Shown in pieces: positions 45,939-56,048 of a stretch of DNA of 64,000 nucleotides. Numbering within the stretch: position 1 is the first letter of the stretch; the number at the start of each line of letters is the position of its first letter. The notes below the pieces were generated by a model. That model had not been told where the DNA came from. It did no database searches and worked only from the letters and a program-made list of their open reading frames with translations. Source of the DNA: Candidatus Brocadiia bacterium (GTDB lineage Bacteria; Planctomycetota; Brocadiia; CAIUPP01). Both the position numbers and the translations under genes were made by a program. The stretch covers positions 160,001 to 224,000 of the forward strand of contig JBEKCB010000003.1 of the NCBI GenBank assembly GCA_050015075.1. Direction: 5' to 3'.

Positions 45939-46222
45939 TGAGGATCTCTCGCCTGAAGCGACCCGTGAAGCGCCTACACACTGTGGGCGGACGAACCAGA
46001 CGCGCGCTCTTTCCTTAAGCTACACACCGTTCAGTTGAAATGCAAGGCGATGCTCTCAGGCCCCGGGCAATGCTCAAGCGGGGTCGAAGGCCGCCGGGCA
46101 ATGGGCGTTTTTCGACGGAAGCACACACCTTCCCTGTTGGCTGCCTAGCCTGCCGGACCGGACCGGCAATGGGCGCCGGAAATCCGGCGCGCGATAAACC
46201 GCTGGCCGGAACCGGCCTCCTC

Positions 46223-46231
46223 TGGTAGAAT
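46223..46231 (+). promoter_or_regulatory. Extended -10 promoter of rnpB
   Basis: TGgTAGAAT just upstream of the P1 helix. Confidence 0.55.
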
Positions 46232-46244
46232 AACTGTTGGAGAA

Positions 46245-46658
46245 GCGAAAGTCGGCAGGGCGGCCGTCGCGGCGTGGGCGTCCGGTTGCGTTCTCGCCGG
46301 ACCGTCCGGATGCCGCGGAGGAAAGTCCGAGCTCCACAGGGCGGAGCGGTTTCTAACGGAAACCGGGAGTGATCCCAGGGAAAGTGCCACAGAAAACATA
46401 CCGCCTCGCGCTTGATGCGAGGTAAGGGTGAAAAGGTGAGGCAAGAGCTCACCGCGCTCCTGGTGACAGGAGCGGCAGGGCAAACCCCGCTCGGAGAAAG
46501 GCCAAATAGGGGAGCATGAGGCGGCCCGCCTCGTTAGGACTCCCGGGTAGGCCGTTCGAGGTCCGTCGCAAGGCGGATCCTAGATACATGGTCGCCGCCT
46601 CCCGCTTTGCCTCGGCAACGCGGGAGGAGACAAGACTCGGCTTACGGCCGGCTTTCGC
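46245..46658 (+). ncRNA. rnpB: RNase P RNA, bacterial type A
   Basis: GAGGAAAGTCCG, AAAGTGCCACAGAAA, GGTAAGGGTGAAA, GGCAAACCCC, ACAAGACTCGGCTTA; P1 gcgaaagtcggc/gccggctttcgc. Confidence 0.97.
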
Positions 46659-46679
46659 CCTCTGACGTTTCCTCGCCGC

Positions 46680-46970
46680 GACGGAGCCGCCGCGAAAAAA
46701 CGCGATTCCATGCGAGGCTCTCCCTGCTAACTGCGACCGGCATCCCAAGTTGCTATATCCCAGCGACGTATACTGTAAGCGGATATAGTGGCGGAGAAAC
46801 ACAACGGAACGCCCGCGTGCAGAAACGCGCATCGCGCCGGGATTCGCCTTCCTCCCGGCGACCGATGCCCGAATCCACTATATTCTAAAGCAGTATACTC
46901 CAAGCAAATATAGCGACAGAGAAACACAACGGAATGCCCGCCCCGAAGAAACGCGCGCCGCGCCGAGGGT
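46680..46970. repeat. About 2.5 degenerate 125-bp direct repeats downstream of rnpB
   Basis: CTATAT-N9-GTATAC-N9-ATATAG at 46753 and 46878; GAGAAACACAACGGAA at 46794 and 46919. Confidence 0.85.
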
Positions 46971-47016
46971 CTCCTTCGTGCCGGCATGACGACGGCAACG
47001 CCGTGCGCGCCCGCCC

Positions 47017-48213
47017 TCACTTCGGCCGGTCGGTCCGAACCATGCTCGTAAAGATGACCATGAGGACCGCCACGCACGCGGCGCCGACGAACACCCACGA
47101 GTAACCATAGCGGATCCAGACCAGCCCGCCGATGGAGGGCACCGACATGGACACGGCGTGGTTGATCGTGATCCCCAGCGAGAGCGACGGCGCCACGTGC
47201 TCCGGCTTGAGCGCGATCTTCGACATGTACGTGTCGCGCGCCATGTTGACGCCGAAGAGAAGCTGGTCCGCGACGAAGCACGCGTACAGCAGCCAGAGCG
47301 CCAGCCGGTGGTTGCCGAGGTGGTCCGCGAAACCGTAGCCCGCGCAAATGCAGAAGATCAGCATCGCGTCCACCATCAGCACCTTGCGCTCGCCGAACCG
47401 GTCTATCGCGCGCCCCAGCGCCGGCTGGAACACCAGGCCCAGCACAGCTCCGGCCATGAACAGCTCGGCGAAGATGTTCGCCTCCTGGTGGAAGATCTGG
47501 ACGAGCACCCACGGGCCGAAGGTGATGAAGATCTGCTTGCGCGCGCCGAAGAAGGCCGCGAGCAGGTAGTAGAGCCAGTACCGGCGCCGGAAGATGAACT
47601 TGGGCCGGCTCAGGTGCGCGCCGGGCATGCGCATGGCGAAGAAGACCGCCGCCGCGCCGAGGGCCACGACGCCGCCGATGATGTAGATGAGCCGGTAGTT
47701 CTTCGGCGACAAGTCCATGACGACCCAGATGAGCGCGTAGCCGACGATGCTCGCCGCGATGCTCGCGCCCTGGATCTGTCCCAGCCGCCGACCTTTCTTT
47801 CCGTCGGGCGCCAGGTCCATGCTGATCGAGGAGCGCACCGGCATGATCAGGTGCGAGCCGACGCTCCAGAGGATCATGAGCGCCATCATCGCCGACCAGC
47901 CGCCGCCCCAGATCGCCACCCCGATCAGCCCCGCGCCGACGCACAACGCCGAGATCCCCGCGATGTTCGTCTCGGAGGTGAAGAACAGCAGGCCGGCGAA
48001 CAGCGCGCACAGGAAGCCGGGCAGCTCGCGCGGGAATTCCAGGTTCCCGCGCGCCTCCGCCGAGAGATTGAACGTGTCGGAGAGGAAGTTGTTGAACGTG
48101 GTGTCGAACATCGTCCCGGCGAAACCCATCAGCGCCGCCCCCGCCGCGAACAGCAGCAGATTCCGGTGCGCGTTTCTGACGCGGATTCGCCAGGATTCGA
48201 GATACTGAATCAT
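47017..48213 (-). CDS. MFS transporter
   Basis: About 12 TM segments; RELPG, GRAIDRFGERK motif A-like. Confidence 0.88.
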   Translation of the reverse strand: MIQYLESWRIRVRNAHRNLLLFAAGAALMGFAGTMFDTTFNNFLSDTFNLSAEARGNLEFPRELPGFLCALFAGLLFFTSETNIAGISALCVGAGLIGVAIWGGGWSAMMALMILWSVGSHLIMPVRSSISMDLAPDGKKGRRLGQIQGASIAASIVGYALIWVVMDLSPKNYRLIYIIGGVVALGAAAVFFAMRMPGAHLSRPKFIFRRRYWLYYLLAAFFGARKQIFITFGPWVLVQIFHQEANIFAELFMAGAVLGLVFQPALGRAIDRFGERKVLMVDAMLIFCICAGYGFADHLGNHRLALWLLYACFVADQLLFGVNMARDTYMSKIALKPEHVAPSLSLGITINHAVSMSVPSIGGLVWIRYGYSWVFVGAACVAVLMVIFTSMVRTDRPK

Positions 48214-48688
48214 GAGAACGGTCCTGCAACCTCAGCGGCCTAAAGGTTCACGGAGAAGCCGTCCGCAAGCGCCTGACCTGCGGCGGCCCTGGCGGGCGAA
48301 CGCAATGCAACGTCCTGCCGCGTGCGGAATCGGCACAGTATACCCGCGCTATTCGCCGGCGGCAAGGTAATCGGCGCCTACTCGCCCCGGTGAGTGTAAC
48401 GTTTCGGGACCCAGGCCGCATCTTTGTTCATTTTCGGGGCGCTGAGTGGTCAGAGTTGTAACGGGTGCAACGGCGCTTCACGAATGTGCGGCGCGGTCGT
48501 TCTTGTTCTAAAGAGTGGCATAACCACGTGCGCCTGCGCGCCCTATGATAATTTCGCTTTCGCCGCTGACCAGGCAGGACTTAACATTTCGGGACGGGGA
48601 ACGATAATTGCATTGTGGGGAAACGGTGACGTTAACGGAGAAATGTCCGAGATTACGGCTCCGGCCAAAGCCTGGGAGAGTGAAAGTC

Positions 48689-49111
48689 ATGAAAAAGACA
48701 TGTCGGCAAATGCGGCGCGCTGGGGCGTTCACGCTGGTGGAGCTGATGATCGTCGTCACGATCGTGGCCATTCTGGCGCTGATTGCAATTCCGCTCTATT
48801 CGTCGAACACGGTCTCCTCGATGATGAGCGAAGGCATCGCGGGCGCAGGCTCGATCCGCACCGCGCTGCGGACCTACTACGCCGCCAACGGCGACAGTTA
48901 CTCCGGCGCAACGCTGAACACTCTGATGATCAACCTGGTGGACTTGGACGGCAAGTATTTCGCGTCCACGGACTATTCGCTCATCAACGTCACCGCCTCG
49001 ACGTACACGATCAAGGCCGGGCCGCCTTCGCAGACCAGCAAGCCCGGCATGCCGTACTACACGATAGACCAGAACGGCTCGGAGCTGGGAACGTACTATA
49101 CTAACCAGTAG
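48689..49111 (+). CDS. Type IV pilin (prepilin N-terminal cleavage/methylation domain)
   Basis: Basic leader, then A|FTLVELMIVVTIVAILALIAIP. Confidence 0.9.
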   Translation: MKKTCRQMRRAGAFTLVELMIVVTIVAILALIAIPLYSSNTVSSMMSEGIAGAGSIRTALRTYYAANGDSYSGATLNTLMINLVDLDGKYFASTDYSLINVTASTYTIKAGPPSQTSKPGMPYYTIDQNGSELGTYYTNQ

Positions 49112-49399
49112 AGCGACCGCAGTCGGTGGTCAGAAGCCGGAAGACGGAACCGCTTCGCGAATCGTCGCGAGGGACTCCGCTTCCGGCTTTGGCTTGCCGC
49201 ACGCACATCCCGCATACGCGGGAACCTCCACGACCGCTCGTCCCGCTCGACAAGGGACAACTCTGTCAGCCCGCCGAAAAAATGTTTGACGGTGGCGACC
49301 TCCGCAGCTAGAATCCGGCCGTACCGGCGATCTGTCGCACGATGGGCGTGAGCCGGCCCTTTATCCCGCGAGCCGCCGCCGAACCGGGCAGCGAGACCG

Positions 49400-50374
49400 A
49401 TGACGAGTCGAGAACGCTTTCTGCGGACGATGCGCTACGAGCGCCCGGACCGCGTTCCGTACCTCGAAGAGGGCCTGCGCGATGACGTGCTCCAGCGCTG
49501 GCGCGCCGAGGGCCTGCCCGCGGACGCGGACCTGGCGACGATGTTCCATACCGACCGGCGCGAGCAAATCGAGTTGGTCCTGGAGCCTCTGCCGCGGTCG
49601 AAGGTCCGGCCCACCTCGCGGCGCGGCCTGAGAACGTTGCGCGAGAGGCTGAATCCGGCGGACCCGGCGCGGTTTCCGAAAGACTGGCCCGCGCGCGTCA
49701 AAGCCTGGAAGACCCGGCGGCATATCCTCGAACTTCGGATTTCCCACGGCTTCTTCCTTTCCATGGGAGCGGGCACGTGGCCGGGGTTCACCGAGGTGAT
49801 GTACCTGCTCAGCGATGCGCCCGACCTCGTGCGCGAGATCACCGCCATCCACGGCGAGTTCGCCGCGCGCATGGCCGAGCGCGTGCTCCGCGAGGTGGAA
49901 GTGGACTGGCTCATCTTCTCCGAGCCGATCGGCGGGAACGAGGGGCCGCTGCTCTCGCCGCGGCAGTACGAGGAATTCGTTCTCTCCGGTTATCGGCCCG
50001 CCCTCGACGTGATCAGGCGCCACGGCGTGCCCGCCATCTGCCTGGTGACCTATGCCAACGCGCGCGTCCTGCTCCCGAGCATCGTGAACGCGGGCTTCAA
50101 CTGTCTGTGGGCGTGCGAGGTGAATACCGACGCGATGGATTACCGCGATATCCGCCGCGAGTTCGGCCGCGACCTTCGCCTGATCGGCGGGATTGACCTG
50201 GACACGCTATCCGTCGGAAAGGCGGCCATTCGCAGAGAGATGCTCTCGAAGGCCGCACCGCTCCTGGCCGGCGGCGGATATATTCCCCTGGCCGACGGGC
50301 GAGTCCGCGCCAACGTGCCGTTCGAGAACTACGCCTACTACCGGCGCCTGATGGAGAAGATGACGCGCCGCTGA
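49400..50374 (+). CDS. Uroporphyrinogen decarboxylase family protein
   Basis: MTSRERF...PDRVP, LLSP..YEEF, LIGGID, GGYIP..D..V...VPFENY. Confidence 0.85.
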   Translation: MTSRERFLRTMRYERPDRVPYLEEGLRDDVLQRWRAEGLPADADLATMFHTDRREQIELVLEPLPRSKVRPTSRRGLRTLRERLNPADPARFPKDWPARVKAWKTRRHILELRISHGFFLSMGAGTWPGFTEVMYLLSDAPDLVREITAIHGEFAARMAERVLREVEVDWLIFSEPIGGNEGPLLSPRQYEEFVLSGYRPALDVIRRHGVPAICLVTYANARVLLPSIVNAGFNCLWACEVNTDAMDYRDIRREFGRDLRLIGGIDLDTLSVGKAAIRREMLSKAAPLLAGGGYIPLADGRVRANVPFENYAYYRRLMEKMTRR

Positions 50375-50407
50375 ATTCTGCCATTGAACGCTGCACAACA
50401 ATACGCA

Positions 50408-50464
50408 GCTTGTAGTGGCGCCGTCAGGCGCTACTTTGTATGCCCTGACGGGCACACTACGAGC
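50408..50464. repeat. GTAG-type REP doublet, copy 3 (opposite orientation)
   Basis: gcttgtagtggcgccgtcaggcgctactttgtatgccctgacgggcacactacgagc. Confidence 0.9.
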
Positions 50465-50627
50465 AACACGCGGAAAAAGACTTGACGGCGCGTTCGCTCA
50501 CTCATAAGATGAAAGCAGCATCGTTCGGGGCGGGGCGGCGGACGTGGGGCAGGCACGGTTCGCGGGGCGTCCTGTTCGCTCAGACTTCCGCCGGCCCATG
50601 ACGAATCCAGTCGAAAGGGGGCATATC

Positions 50628-51578
50628 ATGAAACGCAGCGAGTCTCGGCCGCGCGGCGGCGCTTCGACTTCGGCGGCGCGGAAGATCAGCAAGGTCGTCA
50701 AGAGCAAGCCGACGATCGAGGGCGCCGGCGTGCATCTCAAGCGCGCGTTCGGCTTCTACGAGGTCCCGGCGTTCGATCCATTCCTGCTGCTCGACGATTT
50801 CCACAGCAGCGATCCGGCGCACTACCTGCCCGGCTTCCCGTGGCATCCCCATCGCGGCATCGAGACGATCACCTACATGTTCGAGGGCCGCGTCGAGCAT
50901 GGCGACAGCATGGGCAACAAAGGGGTAATCGGTCCGGGCGAGGTGCAATGGATGACCGCCGGCGGCGGCATCATTCACCAGGAGATGCCCAAGGGCGCCC
51001 GCACCGGCGCGATGTGGGGTTGCCAGCTCTGGGCGAACCTGCCGGCCGCCGACAAGATGATGCCGCCGCGCTATCGCGAGGTGAAGGCGAAGGAGATCCC
51101 CGAGGCGGCGCTGAAGTCCGGGGCGCGGATCAAAGTCATCTGCGGCGAGGTCGAGGGCGTCCGCGGGCCGGTGCAGGACGTCGTAGCCGCGCCGGAATAC
51201 CTCGACGTGACCATGCCGGCCGGCTCGAAGTTCACGCACGCGGTGAAGCCCGGGTATACCGCCGTCGCGTACGTGCTCAAGGGCGAAGGGTTCTTCGATG
51301 AGCGGCGCGACGCCTTCTCGCGGCAGATGTTCGGCGCCGGCTGGTGGGACTCCGCGCCGCGCTGCGTCTGCGGCGCCGAAAGCCTGGTGCTGTACGAGAA
51401 GGAAGGCGACCACGTCGCGATCTCCACCGAGAAGCAGCCCGTGCGCTTCCTGCTGCTCTCCGGCCGCCCGCTCGGCGAGCCGGTGGCCTGGTACGGCCCG
51501 ATCGTGATGAACACGCAGGAGGAACTGCGCGTGGCGTTTGAGGAATACCAGAACGGCACGTTCATTCGCTCCAGATGA
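50628..51578 (+). CDS. Pirin family protein
   Basis: DPFLLLD, GFPWHPHRGIETITY, QWMTAGGGIIHQE, QLWANLP, GPIVMNT. Confidence 0.93.
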   Translation: MKRSESRPRGGASTSAARKISKVVKSKPTIEGAGVHLKRAFGFYEVPAFDPFLLLDDFHSSDPAHYLPGFPWHPHRGIETITYMFEGRVEHGDSMGNKGVIGPGEVQWMTAGGGIIHQEMPKGARTGAMWGCQLWANLPAADKMMPPRYREVKAKEIPEAALKSGARIKVICGEVEGVRGPVQDVVAAPEYLDVTMPAGSKFTHAVKPGYTAVAYVLKGEGFFDERRDAFSRQMFGAGWWDSAPRCVCGAESLVLYEKEGDHVAISTEKQPVRFLLLSGRPLGEPVAWYGPIVMNTQEELRVAFEEYQNGTFIRSR

Positions 51579-51783
51579 TCGTAGTCGCAGGATTCGCTCG
51601 GCATTCTCAGCGACCACTGATCGAAACGCGTGTCCGAACCGCTATAGTTGACAGTTCCGCTTGAGTACGTTATCATATCCCACGCCGCCATCCGCGCGGT
51701 GTTACCGATGCTTTTGCTCGCGCATATGGTGCAGGGTAATTGTCGAGCATATCAGTCGTGATGTCCATTCTGCGGGGAAGCCC

Positions 51784-53358
51784 ATGAACCGCGCCTTATG
51801 CAACCGCTGCCAGAAGCTCGTCCCGGCCCGCCACCTGGAGCGCGACCGCAAGATATTCCTCGTCAAGGACTGCCCGGGCTGCGGGCCGACCGAGACGCTC
51901 CTTTCCTCCAACTCCGAAAGCTACTGGCGCAAGCGCAAGATGGACTCCGATTTCCAGTACGGAAGCTGCGGCCTCTCCTGCCTGAGCTGCCAGCACAAAG
52001 AGCCGAACATCGTCTTCCTCGACATCACGAACCGCTGCAACTTGAACTGCCCGATCTGCATCAACAATACGCCCTCGATGGGATTCCTGTTCGAGCCGCC
52101 GATCTCGTACTTCGACACGATCTTCAAGCACTTCGCCGAGCGCACGCCGAAGCCCTCCATCCAGCTCTTCGGCGGCGAGCCGACCGTGCGCAAGGACCTG
52201 ATCGAGATCATCCGTCTCGCAAAATCGTACGGCCTGCCCACGCGCCTGGTCACCAACGGAGTGCGCCTCGCCGACGAGGAGTACTGCCGCCGGATCGTCG
52301 AGACGAACGTCACGGTGTTGCTCTCGTACGACGGCGAGAACCCCGCGATGTACCGCGCGCTGCGCAACCACGAGGAGTGCGGGCGGCTCAAGCGCCAGGC
52401 CGTGGACAACATCGGGCGACTCGGCGGGACGAAGGTGGTGCTGATGACGCTGGTGGCGAAGGGCTACAACGACACGGAGCTGGCCTCGATCTTCGCGTTC
52501 TGCCACGAGCGGCGCGACTTCATCCGCGGCGTGTACCTCATGCCGCTGGCGCATTCGTGGGACAGCGAGAAGGTGGACCTGAACCCGGAACGGATCACGA
52601 CCGAGGACCTGGAACAGGCGATCGAGAACGCGTTCCCGGAGGACGTGGTGGAGTTCGTGCCGACGAACCTGCTCGGCCGCATCCCGACGCTCTCGCGGCT
52701 GCTCGGCATCCGCGAGGTGCCCTTCGTCGGCGGCCATCCGAACTGCGAGAGCATGTATCTGCTCATCTCCGACGGGCAGCGCTATCGGCCGCTGGCGCAC
52801 TATCTCAAGCAGGGCCTGACCGCCGCGGCCAAGGACCTGCTGCTGCTCGAAGACCGCCTGGCGGCCGGCGAGAAATCGCTGGCGCGGAGCCTCTGGGGGC
52901 GGACGCTCCGCCGGCTTCATCTGCGGCAGGCGTGGCAGAAACTCGTGATGTTCAAGGAATTTGCGCGGCTGAGCCGGCGGCACGTCCGCCTCGGCGAGGC
53001 GCTCGGCGCGCGCGGTCCGGCGGCGCTCTGGCGCCTCCTGCGCGTCGGCCTGGGAATCCTCGCGGGGCAGAAGTCGAAGAAACTCCTGCGCCGTTTCACC
53101 GCGGTGCAGGCCGCGCTGCAGATCATCGTCCTGCCGTTCGGCGACGAGAAGAACATGGAGACCGACCGCCTGCAGCGCTGCCCCGCCGCTTTCGCCTACG
53201 TGGACCCGAAGGACGGCCGCGTCAAGCACGTCCCGAACTGCGCCTGGGGCCTTCACAAGGACAAGGTGCTTCGCGAGATCGCCGCACACTACGCCGAGAT
53301 GGCGCAGCCGGCCGCTGAGGCCAAGACGGCCGTCAACGCAGAGATCACCGCCGAGTAA
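51784..53358 (+). CDS. Radical SAM protein, Tes/GDGT-MAS (MJ0619)-like architecture
   Basis: CNRC...KDCPGCG, CGLSCLSCQH, ITNRCNLNCPIC, FGGEPT, HPNC, RLQRC, VPNC. Confidence 0.8.
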   Translation: MNRALCNRCQKLVPARHLERDRKIFLVKDCPGCGPTETLLSSNSESYWRKRKMDSDFQYGSCGLSCLSCQHKEPNIVFLDITNRCNLNCPICINNTPSMGFLFEPPISYFDTIFKHFAERTPKPSIQLFGGEPTVRKDLIEIIRLAKSYGLPTRLVTNGVRLADEEYCRRIVETNVTVLLSYDGENPAMYRALRNHEECGRLKRQAVDNIGRLGGTKVVLMTLVAKGYNDTELASIFAFCHERRDFIRGVYLMPLAHSWDSEKVDLNPERITTEDLEQAIENAFPEDVVEFVPTNLLGRIPTLSRLLGIREVPFVGGHPNCESMYLLISDGQRYRPLAHYLKQGLTAAAKDLLLLEDRLAAGEKSLARSLWGRTLRRLHLRQAWQKLVMFKEFARLSRRHVRLGEALGARGPAALWRLLRVGLGILAGQKSKKLLRRFTAVQAALQIIVLPFGDEKNMETDRLQRCPAAFAYVDPKDGRVKHVPNCAWGLHKDKVLREIAAHYAEMAQPAAEAKTAVNAEITAE

Positions 53359-53360
53359 AG

Positions 53361-53490
53361 ACTGGAGATTGGGAGATTAGGAAATTGGGAAATTAGGAGC
53401 TTAAGGAAGTTGCCGCGCAGAATCTCCTAATCACCCAATTTCCAACTTTCCTAATCGCCCAATCACCCAATCTCCCTCCTCAATCACCGG
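53361..53490. repeat. Octamer-armed palindrome, copy 2
   Basis: gagattgg gagattag gaaattgg gaaattag ... ctaatcac ccaatttc ... ccaatctc; between convergent genes. Confidence 0.8.
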
Positions 53491-55973
53491 TAAGTGCTCT
53501 TCAAACTCATCACGCGCAGTTGCCGCCGGAACGCGGCCGACGAGAGAACGCGCGACGGCTCGACTAATATCTCGATGGGCTTCCCCGGCCGCAGATGGAA
53601 GAAGTTGTCGGAGAAGCGCGCGTCGGCATCGGCGAGTTCGAGCCAAGTCCAGAGCGCCGGGCGGGCGGCGGTTAGACCGACGCGGAAGCCGCCGGCTTCG
53701 GCGCGCGAGACGGCGACCTTGATGCCCGGCTCCGCGAGCTCCAGGTGCTTCGGACGCGAGAAGGTGACGACGTCGCTCGAGACCGACCGGCCGCGGACGC
53801 TCAGGTCGAGCCATAGCAGCAAGTCGCGCGGGCCGCGCGCGCCGAGATGCGGCTTGAGGTCGAGCGTCCGCACTAGCCGGCTCGTCCGCGCGGCCAGCCG
53901 CACCGGATGCGAGCCGGTCTCCAGGCTTTCGCCGGCCACGGTGGTGACCCGCCAGGACAGCACGCCCGCACACGGCCGGAGCAGGTCGCTCGTCGCGTGC
54001 GCTTCCACGCGGCCAGTCTTCAAATCCTCCACGCCGGAGACCAGCAGCGGCGCGAAGAACCGCTTAGCCATGTAATGCAGCGCCTTCCACCGCTTGAAGT
54101 AGTCAATGGAGGAGCAGCTCGCGACCGGCCAGCAGTCGTTGATCTGCCAGTAGAGCGCGCCCATCGTGCGCGGCATGCTGCGGCGCCAGTGCTCGACGGC
54201 GTACTTCATCCCGACTCCGTGCAGAATCTGGCTCAGCCAGAGCGCGCTGTCGAAGTCCCTCGGCAGCCGGAACCAGTCGAGCATGTACTGAAAAATCGTG
54301 CTGTTGCCGATGTAGCTGCGCTGGTGCTGCTCCATGATGTACGAGGTCACGTTGCGGTCGGCCGGCACGGTGAAGCTGCGGACGGTGCGCGGCTCGGGGA
54401 AGGACTCGAAGCCGAACTCGCTGCAGAAGCGGTGGAGGTTGGAGCGATAGCTCTCGAACGGCTTGCGGCCGTGCCAGACTTCCCAGAGGTGCGCGTCGCC
54501 GCAGGTCGGGTTGTTGTATTTGCTCCGGTCGCCGCACGGCGTGTGCGGGCTGCCGGGCCAGTATGCGCGCTCGGGATCGTTCCGGCGGACTACTTCGGGC
54601 AGGAGCTTGTCGAAGAGTTTTCCGTAGTCGCGCCAGCTCATGCACGACCGCTCCAGCGACCACTCCTTGCCGACGAGCCCCTGCTCCAGCTCGTTGTTCC
54701 CGCACCAGAGCGCGAGGCAGGCGTGGTGGCGCAGGCGGCGGACCTGGTAGTCCGCCTCGGCGCGGACGCTGCGCAGGAATGCCTTGTCGAAGGCGGGATA
54801 GGTCGAGCAGGCGAACATGAATTCCTGCCAGACGCACAGGCCGAGTTCGTCGCAGAGATTGTAGAAATCCTCGCTCTCGTAGACGCCGCCGCCCCAGACG
54901 CGGAGCATGTTCATGTGGGCGCCCGCGGCGCTGCGGAGAAGCGACTCGTAGTCGGCCAGGCCCAGGCGCGCGGCGAAGACGTCGGAGGGGATCCAGTTCG
55001 CGCCCTTGGCGAAGAACGGCACGCCGTTGACGGCGAACCGGAAGGATTCGCCCCAGCGGTCCTTCTCGCGCTGGAGCTCAAACCGCCGGAGGCCGATGCG
55101 GCGGAAGGCGTTGTGAAGCAGGTGGTCGTCGGCATCGAGCAGGTCCGCCACAACGGAGTACAGCGGTTGATCGCCCATGACGTTCGGCCACCAGAGTTTC
55201 GGGTTGCGGATCGTCAGGTTGGCGTCGGCGCTCCGCGCGCGGACGGGCGCGACGGCGTGGCCAACGGCCTTATCCTGGAAGAGGACCGTGACGCGGATAT
55301 GCGTCGCCGCGCGGGCTGCGCCTTCGACATCGGCGCGCACGCGCAAAGTCACCGCGCCTGAGCGCGAATGTTCCTGGGTGACGTGCAGGTCGGCGATCCG
55401 CGGAAGGTCGAACGCTTCGATGCTGATCGCGCGCCAGATGCCCGCCGTCACGAGCACGGGCGCCCAGTCCCAGCCGAAGTTGCAGGGTTCCTTGCGGACC
55501 CACGCGCGGCCGGCGACCTCGTTCGGCCCGCCCCAACTCGGCAGGCGGCGCTCCTTCTGCCGCTGCCGGATGTACGGCAGCACGGAATTGAACCGGATGC
55601 TGATGCGGTTCTCGCCGCGGCGCAGCGCCGGCTTGATGTCGAACTCCCAGAGCCGGAACATGTTGTCCGCCGCGCCCACCTGCCGCCCGTTGACCGTCAC
55701 GACCGCGAACGTGTCCAGCCCCTTGCACCGCAGCAGCACCCGGTCGCGCGCCAGGACCTCGTCGCCCATGGAGAAGGTGCGCGAATAAACCCAGTCCGCC
55801 TCACCGATCCACTTCACCTTCAGCTCGTTGTCGCGGTAGAACGGGTCCTCGATCGCGCCCGCGTTGAGCAGGTCCGTGTGCACGCACCCGGGCACAGTCG
55901 CCGGGAACCGCCGTCCATTTCCCACGCGCTGAAGTTTCCAGGCGCCGCCCAGATCAATCGTGAAGTTCGGCAC
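53484..55973 (-). CDS. Beta-mannosidase, glycoside hydrolase family 2
   Basis: FGWDW, KGANWIP, MLRVWGGG, WCGNNE, GDAHLW, SEFG, YWQINDCWP; GTG after AAGGAG. Confidence 0.95.
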   Translation of the reverse strand: MPNFTIDLGGAWKLQRVGNGRRFPATVPGCVHTDLLNAGAIEDPFYRDNELKVKWIGEADWVYSRTFSMGDEVLARDRVLLRCKGLDTFAVVTVNGRQVGAADNMFRLWEFDIKPALRRGENRISIRFNSVLPYIRQRQKERRLPSWGGPNEVAGRAWVRKEPCNFGWDWAPVLVTAGIWRAISIEAFDLPRIADLHVTQEHSRSGAVTLRVRADVEGAARAATHIRVTVLFQDKAVGHAVAPVRARSADANLTIRNPKLWWPNVMGDQPLYSVVADLLDADDHLLHNAFRRIGLRRFELQREKDRWGESFRFAVNGVPFFAKGANWIPSDVFAARLGLADYESLLRSAAGAHMNMLRVWGGGVYESEDFYNLCDELGLCVWQEFMFACSTYPAFDKAFLRSVRAEADYQVRRLRHHACLALWCGNNELEQGLVGKEWSLERSCMSWRDYGKLFDKLLPEVVRRNDPERAYWPGSPHTPCGDRSKYNNPTCGDAHLWEVWHGRKPFESYRSNLHRFCSEFGFESFPEPRTVRSFTVPADRNVTSYIMEQHQRSYIGNSTIFQYMLDWFRLPRDFDSALWLSQILHGVGMKYAVEHWRRSMPRTMGALYWQINDCWPVASCSSIDYFKRWKALHYMAKRFFAPLLVSGVEDLKTGRVEAHATSDLLRPCAGVLSWRVTTVAGESLETGSHPVRLAARTSRLVRTLDLKPHLGARGPRDLLLWLDLSVRGRSVSSDVVTFSRPKHLELAEPGIKVAVSRAEAGGFRVGLTAARPALWTWLELADADARFSDNFFHLRPGKPIEILVEPSRVLSSAAFRRQLRVMSLKSTYR

Positions 55974-56048
55974 GGCGATCTCCTTCAATGGCCCATGAAT
56001 CGCGGCACGACGGGCGGAATTTAGTCTTCGCGAATCGAAAAAGCAACT

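Noticed and set aside
46680-46970. Possible CRISPR array
   Set aside because: Only about 2.5 units, the 'spacers' are homologous, the 125-bp period is too long, and there are no cas genes.
48214-48360. Possible riboswitch in the MFS leader
   Set aside because: No recognisable fluoride, guanidine, TPP, SAM or cobalamin consensus.
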